58,661 nt of DNA, taken from assembly GCA_964368255.1 (NCBI GenBank), contig CAYJBW010000002.1, positions 1 to 58,661 on the forward strand, read 5' to 3'. The position numbers were made by a program, and so were the translations under genes. Positions 1-9,791 of the stretch are shown here, piece after piece. The stretch's first letter is position 1. Every line of letters starts with the position of its first letter. This DNA comes from an uncultured Christensenella sp. (GTDB lineage Bacteria > Bacillota > Clostridia > Christensenellales > DTU072). The notes under the pieces are model-generated. The model made no database searches and was not told the DNA's origin. It was given only the letters and a program-made list of their open reading frames with translations.

Positions 1-48
1 TTGTGGCACTTCGCAATCGTAGCTTGCTTGCCATCAAGGTTGCTTTCC

Positions 49-101
49 CGCCTGGCCTATGCGTTGCGAACGCATCGCTCTACCAACTGAGCCATATCCC
101 C
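49..101 (-). tRNA. tRNA-like 5' segment (acceptor 5' strand, D-arm, anticodon arm; anticodon CGC, Ala if functional). No T-loop or 3' acceptor strand is recognisable before the window edge.
   Basis: The reverse complement reads GGGGATA-TG-GCTC-AGTTGGTA-GAGC-G-ATGCG-TTCGCAA-CGCAT-AGGCC-AGGCG, a canonical cloverleaf up to about position 53. It then continues GGAAAGCAACCTTGATGG rather than a TTCGAAT-type loop. No TATCCCC complement occurs in nt 1-48. Confidence 0.45.
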
Positions 102-164
102 AAGGTATAGAGCAATTTTACTCCTATTTTTTGTGGCTGTCAAAGGAAAAATTACAAAACTTGT

Positions 165-767
165 TTAGAACTTTTCAAAGTCTATTGCCCCGTGTTTGCA
201 GATTGGACAAATGAAGTCATCGGGTAAGGTGTCACTGATATGTTCGTAAGCACAGATTTTGCATCGGAAGCCATGAAGAGTAGTGTTTTTTGCTTTTGGC
301 TTGATGTTGCTTTGATAGTAACTGTAAGTAACGGAAGGCGCGTTGCTTAGTACAATGGCATCTATAACTGTTGCTTTGAATAAGGTATGGGTACCCATAT
401 CGTGGGTTTCGGTTACTTCACAAAGGAATATTGAGTTAACATATTCAGTTATACAGTTCACACCGTTATCTGCTTTGGCATAGTTTGGCGATGATGCGAA
501 CTTATCAAAGGTTTTGCCAGTGTTGTATCCAAAATTGTGAAAGACACTAAAGGGAGTATCATTAACTAACACCGACAAATTAAACTTTTTGGTATCCATT
601 ATCATGTCGTGAGTTAGGTTTTGTTTGTTCACTCCGATTACTAGTGAGACTGGGTTGCTACTTATTTGCATAACCGTATTTATGATACAGCCATTTTGTT
701 TGCCCTTGCTTTGCGCAGTTAGCACATAAAGCCCGTACCCAATATTGTATAGCGCTCTGTTGTCCAT
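165..767 (-). CDS. Flavin reductase-like (FMN-binding split-barrel) domain fused to a C-terminal rubredoxin (high-molecular-weight rubredoxin type)
   Basis: 200-aa ORF. The N-terminal region YGLYVLT...NGCIINTVMQISSNP is typical of the flavin reductase family. The C-terminus has two CxxC pairs (CKICAYEH ... CPICKHG), as in rubredoxin. An AGGAGA SD lies 7 nt upstream of the ATG. Confidence 0.8.
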   Translation of the reverse strand: MDNRALYNIGYGLYVLTAQSKGKQNGCIINTVMQISSNPVSLVIGVNKQNLTHDMIMDTKKFNLSVLVNDTPFSVFHNFGYNTGKTFDKFASSPNYAKADNGVNCITEYVNSIFLCEVTETHDMGTHTLFKATVIDAIVLSNAPSVTYSYYQSNIKPKAKNTTLHGFRCKICAYEHISDTLPDDFICPICKHGAIDFEKF

Positions 768-868
768 GTCTGTCTCCTTGCTTTGTATATGAATTTATTA
801 TAAGGTAAAACTGCAATAACTGCAATAGGAAATTTATCTTAGATAGATTTTTTAGTGAGTAAATAGCA

Positions 869-897
869 TTGCATAAATGACTAATTTGATTTATAAT
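869..897 (+). promoter_or_regulatory. Sigma-A type promoter, TTGCAT-17 nt-TATAAT
   Basis: -35 TTGCAT at 869-874, exact 17-nt spacer, -10 TATAAT at 892-897. It sits about 30 nt upstream of the ATG at 929, which has an AAGGAGA SD. Confidence 0.6.
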
Positions 898-928
898 TTA
901 TATAATAAATATACTATAAGGAGAAAAA

Positions 929-1264
929 ATGAAAAAAAATAAGTTAGTTGCGGGCATTCTCGCAATACTAGTTGGCGGAATCGGTATCCATAAATTTTAT
1001 TTAGGAAGAACGGGAGCGGGCATACTTAGCTTGCTATTTTGTTGGACAGGTATTCCTGCCATAATTGCGCTTATTGAAGGAATAATAATTTTGTGTCAGT
1101 CTGATGAAGAATTTTGCAAAAAATACGATGTGGAGCTAGACGATTATCCTAGCTATACCAGTACCAGCAAAGCTGACGAGCTGTTAAAGTGGAAACAACT
1201 ACACGACAGCGGTGATATTTCTACTGAGGAGTACGAACGCATAAGAGAACGAATTTTGCGTTAA
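929..1264 (+). CDS. TM2-domain membrane protein with a C-terminal SHOCT-like short helical domain
   Basis: Two hydrophobic helices with the TM2-type pattern (LAILVGGIGIHKFYLGRTGAGILSLLFCWTGIPAIIALIEG). The tail DELLKWKQLHDSGDISTEEYERIRERIL matches the SHOCT pattern. Confidence 0.75.
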   Translation: MKKNKLVAGILAILVGGIGIHKFYLGRTGAGILSLLFCWTGIPAIIALIEGIIILCQSDEEFCKKYDVELDDYPSYTSTSKADELLKWKQLHDSGDISTEEYERIRERILR

Positions 1265-1274
1265 AGGGGCAAGA

Positions 1275-2453
1275 ATGTACAATAAAGAGATGTATACGCT
1301 TGGAAGCAAGCGGTCAGTAATTAGAGAGCTGTTTGAGTATGGCAAAATATTGAGCGAAAAGGTAGGCAGTGACAAAGTCTATGATTTTTCTTTGGGCAAC
1401 CCCAATGTGCCTGCTCCGCAAGGTGTGAAAGACGCTATTTTGGCGCTAATCAATGAACCAGACAGCACTAAGATACACGGCTATACTTCTGCGCAAGGCG
1501 ATGCAAGCGTAAGGAAGGCAATAGCGGATAATATAAATCAAAGATTTTCTGTAGGTATCACGGCAGATAATATTTATATGACTGCTGGAGCGGCGGCATC
1601 TCTTTGTATTACTTTGCGCGCGCTAAGCGAAGAGCAAGACGAGTTCGTTACATTTGCTCCCTTTTTCCCAGAATATACGGTGTTTGTAAAATCTAGCGGC
1701 GGCACATTAAAAGTTTCCCCTGTCAATGAACAAAACTTCGGCATTGACTTTGATGCGTTTACAGAGTTACTTAACAAAAAAACCAAAGCGGTAATTATTA
1801 ACTCACCAAACAACCCGTCAGGAGTTGTCTACACAGAAAAAGAGATAATAACTTTATGTGACATTTTGGTAGCCAAAAGCGCAGAGTATCGGCACCCAAT
1901 ATACCTTATTTCTGACGAGCCGTATAGAGAAATTGTCTATAAAGATGTCTTTGTGCCGTACATTATGAACTATTATGACAATGCCATTGTCTGCTATTCT
2001 TATAGCAAGGCTTTGTCGCTTCCGGGGGAAAGAATCGGGTACATTGCGGTATCTCCGAAACTTGACAAGGATATTTATTTTGCTATCTGCGGAGCGGGCA
2101 GAGCGTTAGGTTATGTATGTGCACCTAGCCTTTTTCAAATGGTGGTAAAAAAATGCGTGGCAATGACTTCTGACATAAATATATACAAACAAAACCGCGA
2201 CCTTTTATACTCATCCTTGACAGAGTACGGCTATAAGTGCATAAGACCAGACGGCGCCTTTTATCTATTTGTGAAAGCCTTAGAAAGCGATGCTTACGCC
2301 TTTTGCGAGAGAGCGAAAAAACTAGGTTTGCTTCTAGTTCCTGGAGATGACTTCGGGGTAAAAAGATATGTGCGCATAGCCTACTGCGTAAGTTACGATA
2401 TGATACAAAGAAGTTTGCCTTCTTTCAAGGCGCTAGCAGAAAGTTACAAGTAA
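1275..2453 (+). CDS. PLP-dependent aminotransferase, class I/II (Asp/Ala aminotransferase-like)
   Basis: 392 aa. Contains SLGNPNVP, NSPNNPSG and the PLP-lysine motif YSYSKALSLPGERIGY. Confidence 0.85.
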   Translation: MYNKEMYTLGSKRSVIRELFEYGKILSEKVGSDKVYDFSLGNPNVPAPQGVKDAILALINEPDSTKIHGYTSAQGDASVRKAIADNINQRFSVGITADNIYMTAGAAASLCITLRALSEEQDEFVTFAPFFPEYTVFVKSSGGTLKVSPVNEQNFGIDFDAFTELLNKKTKAVIINSPNNPSGVVYTEKEIITLCDILVAKSAEYRHPIYLISDEPYREIVYKDVFVPYIMNYYDNAIVCYSYSKALSLPGERIGYIAVSPKLDKDIYFAICGAGRALGYVCAPSLFQMVVKKCVAMTSDINIYKQNRDLLYSSLTEYGYKCIRPDGAFYLFVKALESDAYAFCERAKKLGLLLVPGDDFGVKRYVRIAYCVSYDMIQRSLPSFKALAESYK

Positions 2454-2484
2454 GCTAAATTACTATGGCAACAATCAACACAAA

Positions 2485-2516
2485 AGCGCCTTTGCTTTAG
2501 CTTGGGCGTTTTTTTA
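2485..2516 (+). terminator. Weak candidate intrinsic terminator after the aminotransferase gene
   Basis: A short GC stem (GCGCC ... GGCGT) is followed by TTTTTTT. The stem is imperfect. Confidence 0.3.
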
Positions 2517-2578
2517 TTGCTTTTTGAATGGGCATATAGTAAAATATAAATATATTTTATATCAAAAAAGAGGTTATT

Positions 2579-3841
2579 ATGTTAGATTTGCGTTTTGTAT
2601 GTGACAATATTGATTTTGTAAAAGAAAAACTTGCTAAAAGAAACAGTCAAGTTGATTTGTCAGAAGTATCTGCTCTTGCTTCAGAGCGAAGGGCTATAAT
2701 TCAAAAGGTGGAAGGGCTAAAGGCCGAAAAAAACCAGTTTAGCGCAAAGATAGCACAGCTTAAGAGAAATAAAGAAAATTGTGACGACCTTATTGCTACC
2801 ATGAAAGGTACGGGTGATGAGATTAAGGCGCTTGACGAAAGACTTGCCGAAATTGAAGCCACTCTACTTGAACTTATGTACAACATCCCAAACAATATTG
2901 ACGATAGCGTGCCATACGGCAAAAGCGATGCGGACAATTTAGAGCTAAGACGCTTTATGGAGCCGACAAAGTTTGATTTTGAGCCCAAAGCGCATTGGGA
3001 CTTAGGTGACAGCCTAAAGATGCTTAACACAGAGCAAGCGGCGAAAATAACGGGCGCAAGGTTTACTGTCTATCACCACTTGGGAGCAAGACTTGAGCGG
3101 TCTGTTTATAACTTTATGCTTGATACTCACACAACTCGGGGATATGAAGAAATTTTCCCACCATTTATGGTAAATAGAGATAGCATGCTAGGGACAGGTC
3201 AACTGCCTAAGTTTGAAGAAGATATGTACGCTGTAAAAAATACCGATTATTACCTAATTCCCACCGCGGAAGTGCCTGTGACGAACTTGCACCGCGGAGA
3301 AATTTTGTCTGCTAAAGATTTGCCCATAAAATATTGTGCCTATACCGCATGTTTCCGCGCCGAAGCAGGAAGCGCAGGTAGAGATACTAGGGGGCTTATT
3401 CGTCAACACCAATTTAACAAGGTGGAACTTGTCAAGTTTGCTCATCCTGACAATAGTTTTGAAGAGCTTGAGAGTCTTACCAAGGACGCCGAACACATTT
3501 TGCAACAACTAAAACTACCTTACCGCGTAGTATGCCTATGTAGTGGAGATGTGGGGTTTAGCTCCTGCAAAACTTACGACATTGAAGTGTGGATGCCTTC
3601 TTACAACAGGTATGTCGAGATATCTTCTTGCAGTAACTTCGTTGACTACCAAGCACGCAGAGCCAACATCAAGTATCGTGACGAAAACGGCAAAGCAAAG
3701 CTAGTCCATACCCTAAACGGTAGTGGTCTTGCCGTGGGCAGAACAGTTGCTGCCATTATGGAAAACTACCAAAACGCTGACGGTACAATAACCGTACCCG
3801 AAGTATTGCGAAAATATATGGGGATAGATGAAATCAGATAA
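2579..3841 (+). CDS. serS: Seryl-tRNA synthetase
   Basis: 420 aa. N-terminal coiled-coil arm. Class II motifs [21 protein letters not shown] and [23 protein letters not shown] upstream. Confidence 0.95.
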   Translation: MLDLRFVCDNIDFVKEKLAKRNSQVDLSEVSALASERRAIIQKVEGLKAEKNQFSAKIAQLKRNKENCDDLIATMKGTGDEIKALDERLAEIEATLLELMYNIPNNIDDSVPYGKSDADNLELRRFMEPTKFDFEPKAHWDLGDSLKMLNTEQAAKITGARFTVYHHLGARLERSVYNFMLDTHTTRGYEEIFPPFMVNRDSMLGTGQLPKFEEDMYAVKNTDYYLIPTAEVPVTNLHRGEILSAKDLPIKYCAYTACFRAEAGSAGRDTRGLIRQHQFNKVELVKFAHPDNSFEELESLTKDAEHILQQLKLPYRVVCLCSGDVGFSSCKTYDIEVWMPSYNRYVEISSCSNFVDYQARRANIKYRDENGKAKLVHTLNGSGLAVGRTVAAIMENYQNADGTITVPEVLRKYMGIDEIR

Positions 3842-4568
3842 GAAAAAACAGCCTGAGGGGTGTTTAGCGGGCATATATATGGGCTCGGTGCTACGCTCCA
3901 TTGTAGAATTCTCAGTATTTGTACTGCGTATTCTTACAAAGATACTCATAATCTTTGGGTTGTGGGTGCCTGCAGTTTATGCCATTTTTGGACTGATTAT
4001 GTACCTTGCCTTTGATTTTTCACCCTTTGACTTTTCCACATACAGTACGATTTATCTTTCCGGCGCAGTGGCTTGTGTTGTTTGCAGTTTAATAATATCG
4101 GTAAAAAATATTATTATTAAGCCTGCCAAATCCATTTACAAAGGCTACAAACACCCATTTTGGGAGAAAAAAGAGAAAGAGGAGAAAGAAGGCGAGCCGC
4201 AGAGTTTACAAAACCGTTGGGAAAGCTATAATCAAACGAAGAAGGACGCTTTACTTAATCCACCAGAAATTACTGGAGTTAAGCCAAAAAAGGAATATCC
4301 CGTCCCAGAATACTTGCCAAGCAATGCAGATTTTACGCAAAAAACAAGGAGCGAGAGCGAGCGCGCAAAGATAACTTTACTTCCCAACTGGTTGCCAAAA
4401 AAGACAGCGGAACAAACAACTGTTACTAGCGCGCCAATGATAGAAAAACCGCATATTTATTTTAGCAAACTCGAACCGGGTATTATGGTACACGAATATG
4501 AGGACAGATATGAACTTTATCGTCTAGAAGGAAGCAAAACTGTACCAGTAAGGGTGGAATATAAATAA
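3828..4568 (+). CDS. Hypothetical membrane protein (start uncertain; overlaps the serS end by 14 nt)
   Basis: 246-aa ORF with 2-3 hydrophobic helices near the N-terminus, then a Lys/Glu-rich soluble tail. I recognise no family. An alternative start is MGSVLRS. Confidence 0.5.
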   Translation: MKSDKKKQPEGCLAGIYMGSVLRSIVEFSVFVLRILTKILIIFGLWVPAVYAIFGLIMYLAFDFSPFDFSTYSTIYLSGAVACVVCSLIISVKNIIIKPAKSIYKGYKHPFWEKKEKEEKEGEPQSLQNRWESYNQTKKDALLNPPEITGVKPKKEYPVPEYLPSNADFTQKTRSESERAKITLLPNWLPKKTAEQTTVTSAPMIEKPHIYFSKLEPGIMVHEYEDRYELYRLEGSKTVPVRVEYK

Positions 4569-4570
4569 AA

Positions 4571-5443
4571 ATGAATAAATTGTCGTTAAAAAAGAATCGT
4601 ATATGGGAACTAGATTTTTTCCGTGGACTAGCAATACTTTTGGTAATTCTCGACCATACCATGTATGATTTCAAATACATTTTTATGGACTGGGCAACTT
4701 CCGGAAGCGCATTCTTACAAAGTCTGAATAAAGCAGGCAACTGGTACTTAGCAAGTGACCTACGCTTTTTTTGGCGACCTGCATTTTTGTTCATCTTTTT
4801 TGCCACTAGCGGTATTTGTACAGCTTTTTCTAAAAACAATTTTGTTAGGGGTATAAGACTTGGTTTAGTTGCAATAGTAGTAACCATAGCAACGCACTTT
4901 GTGGAGCTGTTTTCGGGAGAAAACGCTTTTATTTTGTTTGGTGTGCTACACTGTTTGGCAGTAATAATACTTATTTATAGTCTTTTTAGCGTTATAATTG
5001 AGTATAGCTCTAAGTGTATTAGCTTTCTAGCAAAAAAGAAATATAATGAAAAACTTACAAAGTATATTGCATCATTTATCTATTTGGCGCTTGCTGTAGT
5101 GTTTTTAATTATAAACAACAAATACAATGTTTCGCTCAAGGATGTAAATGCGAATTTTGCCACAGTGCAAACAGATTCCAAAATACTAGGTCTGTTCTTT
5201 TTTGTGGAAAACTGGTGGCATGCTGACTATTTTCCGCTGTTTCCTTTCATATCCTTTTTCTTTTTTGGCGCGGCTATGGCGCAGTTACTTTATCCCAACA
5301 AAAAATCGCTACTGCCTTGTTTAGACGGTAATTGGCACAAATTCTTTACAATTCCAGGCAGATATTCCCTAATAGTGTACCTATCGGGACAGATTGTAAT
5401 GATTACTTTATTTTCTTTAATCGGAGTAATTTTTGGTGGATAG
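4571..5443 (+). CDS. DUF1624 / heparan-alpha-glucosaminide N-acetyltransferase-like polytopic membrane protein
   Basis: 290 aa. The N-terminal RIWELDFFRGLAILLVILDH signature is typical of DUF1624. Multiple TM helices follow. Confidence 0.7.
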   Translation: MNKLSLKKNRIWELDFFRGLAILLVILDHTMYDFKYIFMDWATSGSAFLQSLNKAGNWYLASDLRFFWRPAFLFIFFATSGICTAFSKNNFVRGIRLGLVAIVVTIATHFVELFSGENAFILFGVLHCLAVIILIYSLFSVIIEYSSKCISFLAKKKYNEKLTKYIASFIYLALAVVFLIINNKYNVSLKDVNANFATVQTDSKILGLFFFVENWWHADYFPLFPFISFFFFGAAMAQLLYPNKKSLLPCLDGNWHKFFTIPGRYSLIVYLSGQIVMITLFSLIGVIFGG

Positions 5444-5451
5444 CTAGTAAG

Positions 5452-6027
5452 CTATATAAACATCTCTTTGTTCTTTTTTATTTTGTTTTTTATGCTGTGC
5501 AAAGTGTTATCCACTTTTTTGGGTGTTAAATTCACTATGTTGGCTATTTCTGAGTAGGTATAACCTTCCAAATAATATTTCAAAACATCCAACTGCATGG
5601 GCGCAAAAAGTTTATTTAGCTTGGCGTAAAAGGATTCTACACCTTCTTTTTCTATAAAATTATGTATAGGGTCGATTATATATTCGGGGGGAATGTTATC
5701 GTCAAGGGAAGTTAGACTGACAGCATCGTTGAGCAGTTTATGCTTTGCCCTAGACGATGCGCGGATAGCGTCCTTAATTTGAGAACTAATGCACATGGAT
5801 ATAAAAGCCGTCAAACTTTCGTTCTTTGTCACATCATAAGCTCTTATTGCCTTGAATATGCCCATAAGTCCTTCTTGAAGTAAATCATCATAACCGCCAC
5901 TTACAAGAAAGTATTTACGCGCTTTGCTACGCGCTAACCACATATATTTACAAATGAGGGCTTCCATACTAACGGAATCCCCCTTCTGTGCCATTTGTAC
6001 CAGCAAAAGCTCAGCTTGGTCTATCAT
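5452..6027 (-). CDS. sigH: RNA polymerase sigma factor, SigH-like (sigma-70 family)
   Basis: 191 aa. Collinear by eye with B. subtilis SigH (KGDS..A...LI.KY...ARSKARKYFL...DLLQEGLMGIFKAIR; C-terminal YLEGYTYSEIA). It lies directly downstream of cysE-cysS, as in Bacilli and Clostridia. Confidence 0.85.
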   Translation of the reverse strand: MIDQAELLLVQMAQKGDSVSMEALICKYMWLARSKARKYFLVSGGYDDLLQEGLMGIFKAIRAYDVTKNESLTAFISMCISSQIKDAIRASSRAKHKLLNDAVSLTSLDDNIPPEYIIDPIHNFIEKEGVESFYAKLNKLFAPMQLDVLKYYLEGYTYSEIANIVNLTPKKVDNTLHSIKNKIKKNKEMFI

Positions 6028-6035
6028 TTTTCTCC

Positions 6036-7427
6036 TTAAAGTTTGGTAACTTTTACGCCCTCTCTTGTGTCCAAAATAGAGTAGCCAAGATTAGCTATGT
6101 CCGCTCTAATTTTGTCGGCAAGGGCAAAGTTTTTATCTTTTTTTGCCTGAGTTCTATCTTTAACTAGCTTATCAACTTCGGCAGGGTAGTCTAGCTTTGG
6201 CTCGCTACTTACATTAGTAACTTTATCTAAAGATAAGCCTAGTACCTTGTCAAAATCTAACGCAAGGTTAAAAATATCTTTGGACTTTTCTTCCTTTATC
6301 ATAGAGAAAAGTACTCCAAGCGCAAGTGGGGCATTCAAGTCGTCATTTATTGCCGCAGCAAATTGTGATTTGTAGTCATTAAGTATTTTGCTATCCGTTT
6401 GGTTGTTGCTTATTTTGTGCTGATAAAGATTTTGTTCCAGCCTTTCTCTGCTTACTTTAGCGGCGGTTAAACCTTCAAAGGTAAAATTGAGCTTTTTGCG
6501 GTAGTGTGCATTTAGACAGAAAAAGCGAAAATCAAGAGCAGAGTAGCCTTTTTCTTCCAGCTGTGCAACAGTGTATACATTGCCTAGCGATTTGCTCATT
6601 TTACCACCGTCAACAAGCATAAACTCACCGTGTAACCAGTAGTTTACGGACTTTTCGTCTGTGAGAGCTTCGTTTTGGGCAATTTCGTTTTCGTGGTGAA
6701 TGGGTATGTGGTCTACGCCGCCCGAGTGAATATCAAACTGTTTGCCTAAATATTTTTGGCTCATTGCGCTACATTCTATGTGCCAACCAGGATAACCCAT
6801 TCCCCAGGGACTGGGCCACTGCATAATGTGATTAGGCTCCGCTTTTTTCCATATAGCAAAATCTGCCGGATGGCGCTTTTCGTCATTAACTTCCACACGC
6901 GCTCCAGCTATTTGGTCGTCAAGTTTTGCTCCGCTCAAACTGCCATAACGGGGAAACTTACCTATATCGAAATAAATACCATCCCTTGTTTCGTAACCAA
7001 ATCCGCCTTTTTCCAAGGAGACAACATAGTCAATCATTTCTTGAATGTGGTCGGTTGCTTTGGCAATTATTTCCGGCTTTTCTATGTTTAATTTAGCCAG
7101 GTCGTCAAAAAATATTTTTGTGTAAAAATCCGCTATTTCGGTGGGGGATTTTTGTTGTTCTCTGCTCGCTTTTGCCATTTTATCTTCGCCGTCATCGCTG
7201 TCATAGGTTAGGTGACCTACATCAGTAATATTAAGCACACCCTTGATTTTGTAACCGTTGAACTTCAAGGCGCGGCGGATTAAATCCATAAAAATATAAG
7301 TGCGAAGATTGCCAATATGCGCGTAGCTATAAACCGTAGGACCGCAAGAATACATGCCCACAAACTTTTCGTTTAAGGGGACAAATTCTTCTTTTTTTCG
7401 GGATAGTGAGTTGTACAGTTCTAACAT
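6036..7427 (-). CDS. cysS: Cysteinyl-tRNA synthetase
   Basis: 463 aa. HIGH-type motif YAHIGNLR, the KMSKS motif, and WPSPWGMGYPGWHIEC. Confidence 0.95.
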   Translation of the reverse strand: MLELYNSLSRKKEEFVPLNEKFVGMYSCGPTVYSYAHIGNLRTYIFMDLIRRALKFNGYKIKGVLNITDVGHLTYDSDDGEDKMAKASREQQKSPTEIADFYTKIFFDDLAKLNIEKPEIIAKATDHIQEMIDYVVSLEKGGFGYETRDGIYFDIGKFPRYGSLSGAKLDDQIAGARVEVNDEKRHPADFAIWKKAEPNHIMQWPSPWGMGYPGWHIECSAMSQKYLGKQFDIHSGGVDHIPIHHENEIAQNEALTDEKSVNYWLHGEFMLVDGGKMSKSLGNVYTVAQLEEKGYSALDFRFFCLNAHYRKKLNFTFEGLTAAKVSRERLEQNLYQHKISNNQTDSKILNDYKSQFAAAINDDLNAPLALGVLFSMIKEEKSKDIFNLALDFDKVLGLSLDKVTNVSSEPKLDYPAEVDKLVKDRTQAKKDKNFALADKIRADIANLGYSILDTREGVKVTKL

Positions 7428-7437
7428 AAAAAATCTC

Positions 7438-8106
7438 CTAAGGCTTTTCCTTGGTGTCCACTTCTTGCGTTATTGAGTACTTGCAAGAGCGGATATCCAA
7501 CTTTTCTTCTATAGTTGCCAAGCGCTTTGTAATTCTTTGGAATTCTTCTAGCACTGGATCGGGCAACTTTTGGTCTAAGTCATTGAACTTCTCGCCACGC
7601 ATGCGCACAACTCTGCCAGGTACGCCCACAACGGTACAGCAGGGTGGTACATCTTTAAGAACTACGCTTCCTGCGCCAATTTTGCTCCCCTTGCCTATCC
7701 TAACCGGACCGAGAATTTTTGCTCCGGCACTAACCATAACATCATCTTCTAGCGTGGGGTGGCGCTTGCCTACATCCTTGCCCGTTCCGCCCAGTGTAAC
7801 ACCTTGATACAAGGTGACATTATCGCCGATTTCGGTGGTTTCGCCAATTACTAGCCCTACACCGTGGTCGATAAAAAGTCCCTTGCCAATGGTTGCGCCA
7901 GGGTGGATGTCAATGCCCGTTTTTCTGCGGGCTCTAGCGGCAATTAACTTTGCAATAAAGTTGTGTTTGCGGACAAAAAACCAATGCGCTCTACGATAAG
8001 CGCGCAATGCCTTAAATCCCCCATAAGTAAAATAGACCTCTAGTTTGTTGGTTGCAGCGGGGTCTTTTAATGCCGCATTTAGATCAGCTTTTAATATATC
8101 AAACAT
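7438..8106 (-). CDS. cysE: Serine O-acetyltransferase
   Basis: 222 aa. Left-handed beta-helix hexapeptide repeats (GATIGKGLFIDHGVGLVIGETTEIGDNVTLYQGVTLGG) and the N-terminal SAT helical region. Confidence 0.9.
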   Translation of the reverse strand: MFDILKADLNAALKDPAATNKLEVYFTYGGFKALRAYRRAHWFFVRKHNFIAKLIAARARRKTGIDIHPGATIGKGLFIDHGVGLVIGETTEIGDNVTLYQGVTLGGTGKDVGKRHPTLEDDVMVSAGAKILGPVRIGKGSKIGAGSVVLKDVPPCCTVVGVPGRVVRMRGEKFNDLDQKLPDPVLEEFQRITKRLATIEEKLDIRSCKYSITQEVDTKEKP

Positions 8107-8113
8107 CTTTTCC

Positions 8114-9457
8114 TTATTTTATACTGCGTAGAGTTTCTTCAGAGATAATATATGGGTCGTCATAGGCACTACGCGGTCTGTTGCCTTTAGGCACATATGT
8201 TGGACGCTTTTTGAGCCTGTTGCGCATCAATTTAGGCAAAAGCATCATAATTAGTGAAATAGCCGATGGAATAAAGAATAATATTCCTATTCCTACGGTG
8301 GTGTCGGGGCTTGAAGTGAATTTAGTATAGTTAGTAAGCGACATAAAATAGCTCTTAAAAGCAGGTACAATTTCTGTGCCTTCTATCATAGCGAAAGCAG
8401 GTGCAGCCATACACAGCAAAGAGAATATTAGACTAAGCAAACTTACTATATGTAGCTTTCTGGAAGTATATGTAACTATCCTGATTATGTTGGTTATTAT
8501 GCTAACTATACCTAACAAAAAGGAAATTATTAAGAACAATATAGTGCCATAGGTACCAATGTGACGGATAATAACAGAGGTGTCAAAGTTGCCTTCTTCG
8601 TCCTTTTTTATCACAAGAGAATCGCCTTTGGTGCCCGATAAAAAGCATATATAATAGTAACTTGTGCCCTTAAAAAACTTACTATCCTCCAAAAAATCAA
8701 TTCTTGTCTTTTTTAACATAGGTGTACGGAACCAAGCTTTTACTATGTCGAAGGGCGTAATGTTAATAGTTAACATACCCAAATCGGCATTTAACTTGAC
8801 GGTTTCTGGCGTATTTTTGTAAGCGTCTTGGTAGGGTTTTCCCTGCTCAGGAGCTTTTCCAGAGAAAGTACCAGTAGGCCAATTGCCATCATTGGTTATT
8901 GCAATATCTAGGTTTCCTTCGCCGATACGGTATACAAACAGTGAGTCAAAAGATACACCAGTTTCAGAAATAACATCTTTAACTTTCGTAGGTAAGTATG
9001 GTATAAATGCTCCCATAATAAAGATACCGACAAAAATTATGGATAAAATCAACATAATAATGGGCAAACCAGCCCCGTAATAGCGTTTTTTACGAAATGC
9101 TGTTTCGTAATCAAAATCCATATCGTTATAGGAGTTATTGTATTTCTTCGCGCCAGAAACGGTGCCATACTCAGCAACTTGCGCCGCCTGTGACCCCCTA
9201 AGTGCGGTTGCGGCTCTTAGCTCGCTGAATATTATATCGCCGTTGTATCCCCCGCCTTCCACCTTTCTAAGCATTGACTTGTAATGGTTGCGGTGAGACT
9301 TTATTTTTGCACGCTCATAAGGAGAATCGCTTTCTCTAATGGAGATACTAGCATCCTTTATTTTTTTCTTCAACAAAATGCACAAAGCTGCGTCATCAGC
9401 TTCGCTCCAGCGCTTTGCTTTCCTTATGTTTTCGGTGTTATTTATCCTTACAGCCAT
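8114..9457 (-). CDS. Hypothetical polytopic membrane protein, first gene of the cysE-cysS-sigH transcription unit
   Basis: 447-aa ORF. Basic N-terminal soluble region, one TM helix, a roughly 150-aa loop, then 4-5 C-terminal TM helices. AGGAGG SD upstream. Only a 7-nt gap separates it from cysE. Confidence 0.6.
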   Translation of the reverse strand: MAVRINNTENIRKAKRWSEADDAALCILLKKKIKDASISIRESDSPYERAKIKSHRNHYKSMLRKVEGGGYNGDIIFSELRAATALRGSQAAQVAEYGTVSGAKKYNNSYNDMDFDYETAFRKKRYYGAGLPIIMLILSIIFVGIFIMGAFIPYLPTKVKDVISETGVSFDSLFVYRIGEGNLDIAITNDGNWPTGTFSGKAPEQGKPYQDAYKNTPETVKLNADLGMLTINITPFDIVKAWFRTPMLKKTRIDFLEDSKFFKGTSYYYICFLSGTKGDSLVIKKDEEGNFDTSVIIRHIGTYGTILFLIISFLLGIVSIITNIIRIVTYTSRKLHIVSLLSLIFSLLCMAAPAFAMIEGTEIVPAFKSYFMSLTNYTKFTSSPDTTVGIGILFFIPSAISLIMMLLPKLMRNRLKKRPTYVPKGNRPRSAYDDPYIISEETLRSIK

Positions 9458-9512
9458 TATGCCTCCTGCTTACTTAAGCATATAGAAGAATATTATCTCC
9501 CCATAATATTGT

Positions 9513-9541
9513 ATTATATTATTATATTAGGAAAAATGCAA
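9513..9541 (-). promoter_or_regulatory. Sigma-A type promoter, TTGCAT-17 nt-TATAAT, for the 447-aa/cysE/cysS/sigH unit
   Basis: On the minus strand: TTGCAT (9541-9536), 17-nt spacer, TATAAT (9518-9513). It sits about 55 nt upstream of the ATG at 9457. Confidence 0.55.
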
Positions 9542-9791
9542 GTGTAAATTCTTCCTTTGGGGCATAAACTGCGTAGATTTGCAAATTATTTTTTGATAAC
9601 TGTACACGATGCGACACAAAAGAGTACGATATTTTACTATTGTTAGAAAGGACTCTCATATTTTGGCAAAAACTATAGGCGGTAACAAAAACATAAATAG
9701 TATAAATAAAAACATTCACGAGCAAAAAAACACAACCTGACTTTTGGCGGTAAAAAAATAGTATTTATTTTGTTCAAAATATCAGTCTAGC

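Noticed and set aside
2454-2578. T-box or other riboswitch leaders upstream of serS, and likewise upstream of cysE/cysS
   Set aside because: The gaps are too short (125 nt and 7 nt). No T-box core sequence or specifier/antiterminator architecture is visible. This was not tested with covariance models.
5332-5529. 65-aa plus-strand ORF spanning the end of the DUF1624 gene and the sigH 3' end
   Set aside because: It overlaps two better-supported genes in other frames or on the other strand. It has no SD and a low-complexity Phe/Tyr-rich sequence.
9284-9725. ORFs 9284-9547 (+) and 9522-9725 (-) in and near the spacer upstream of the 447-aa gene
   Set aside because: Neither has an SD or a recognisable motif. 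The first overlaps the real gene and its promoter. The composition is consistent with non-coding AT-rich DNA.
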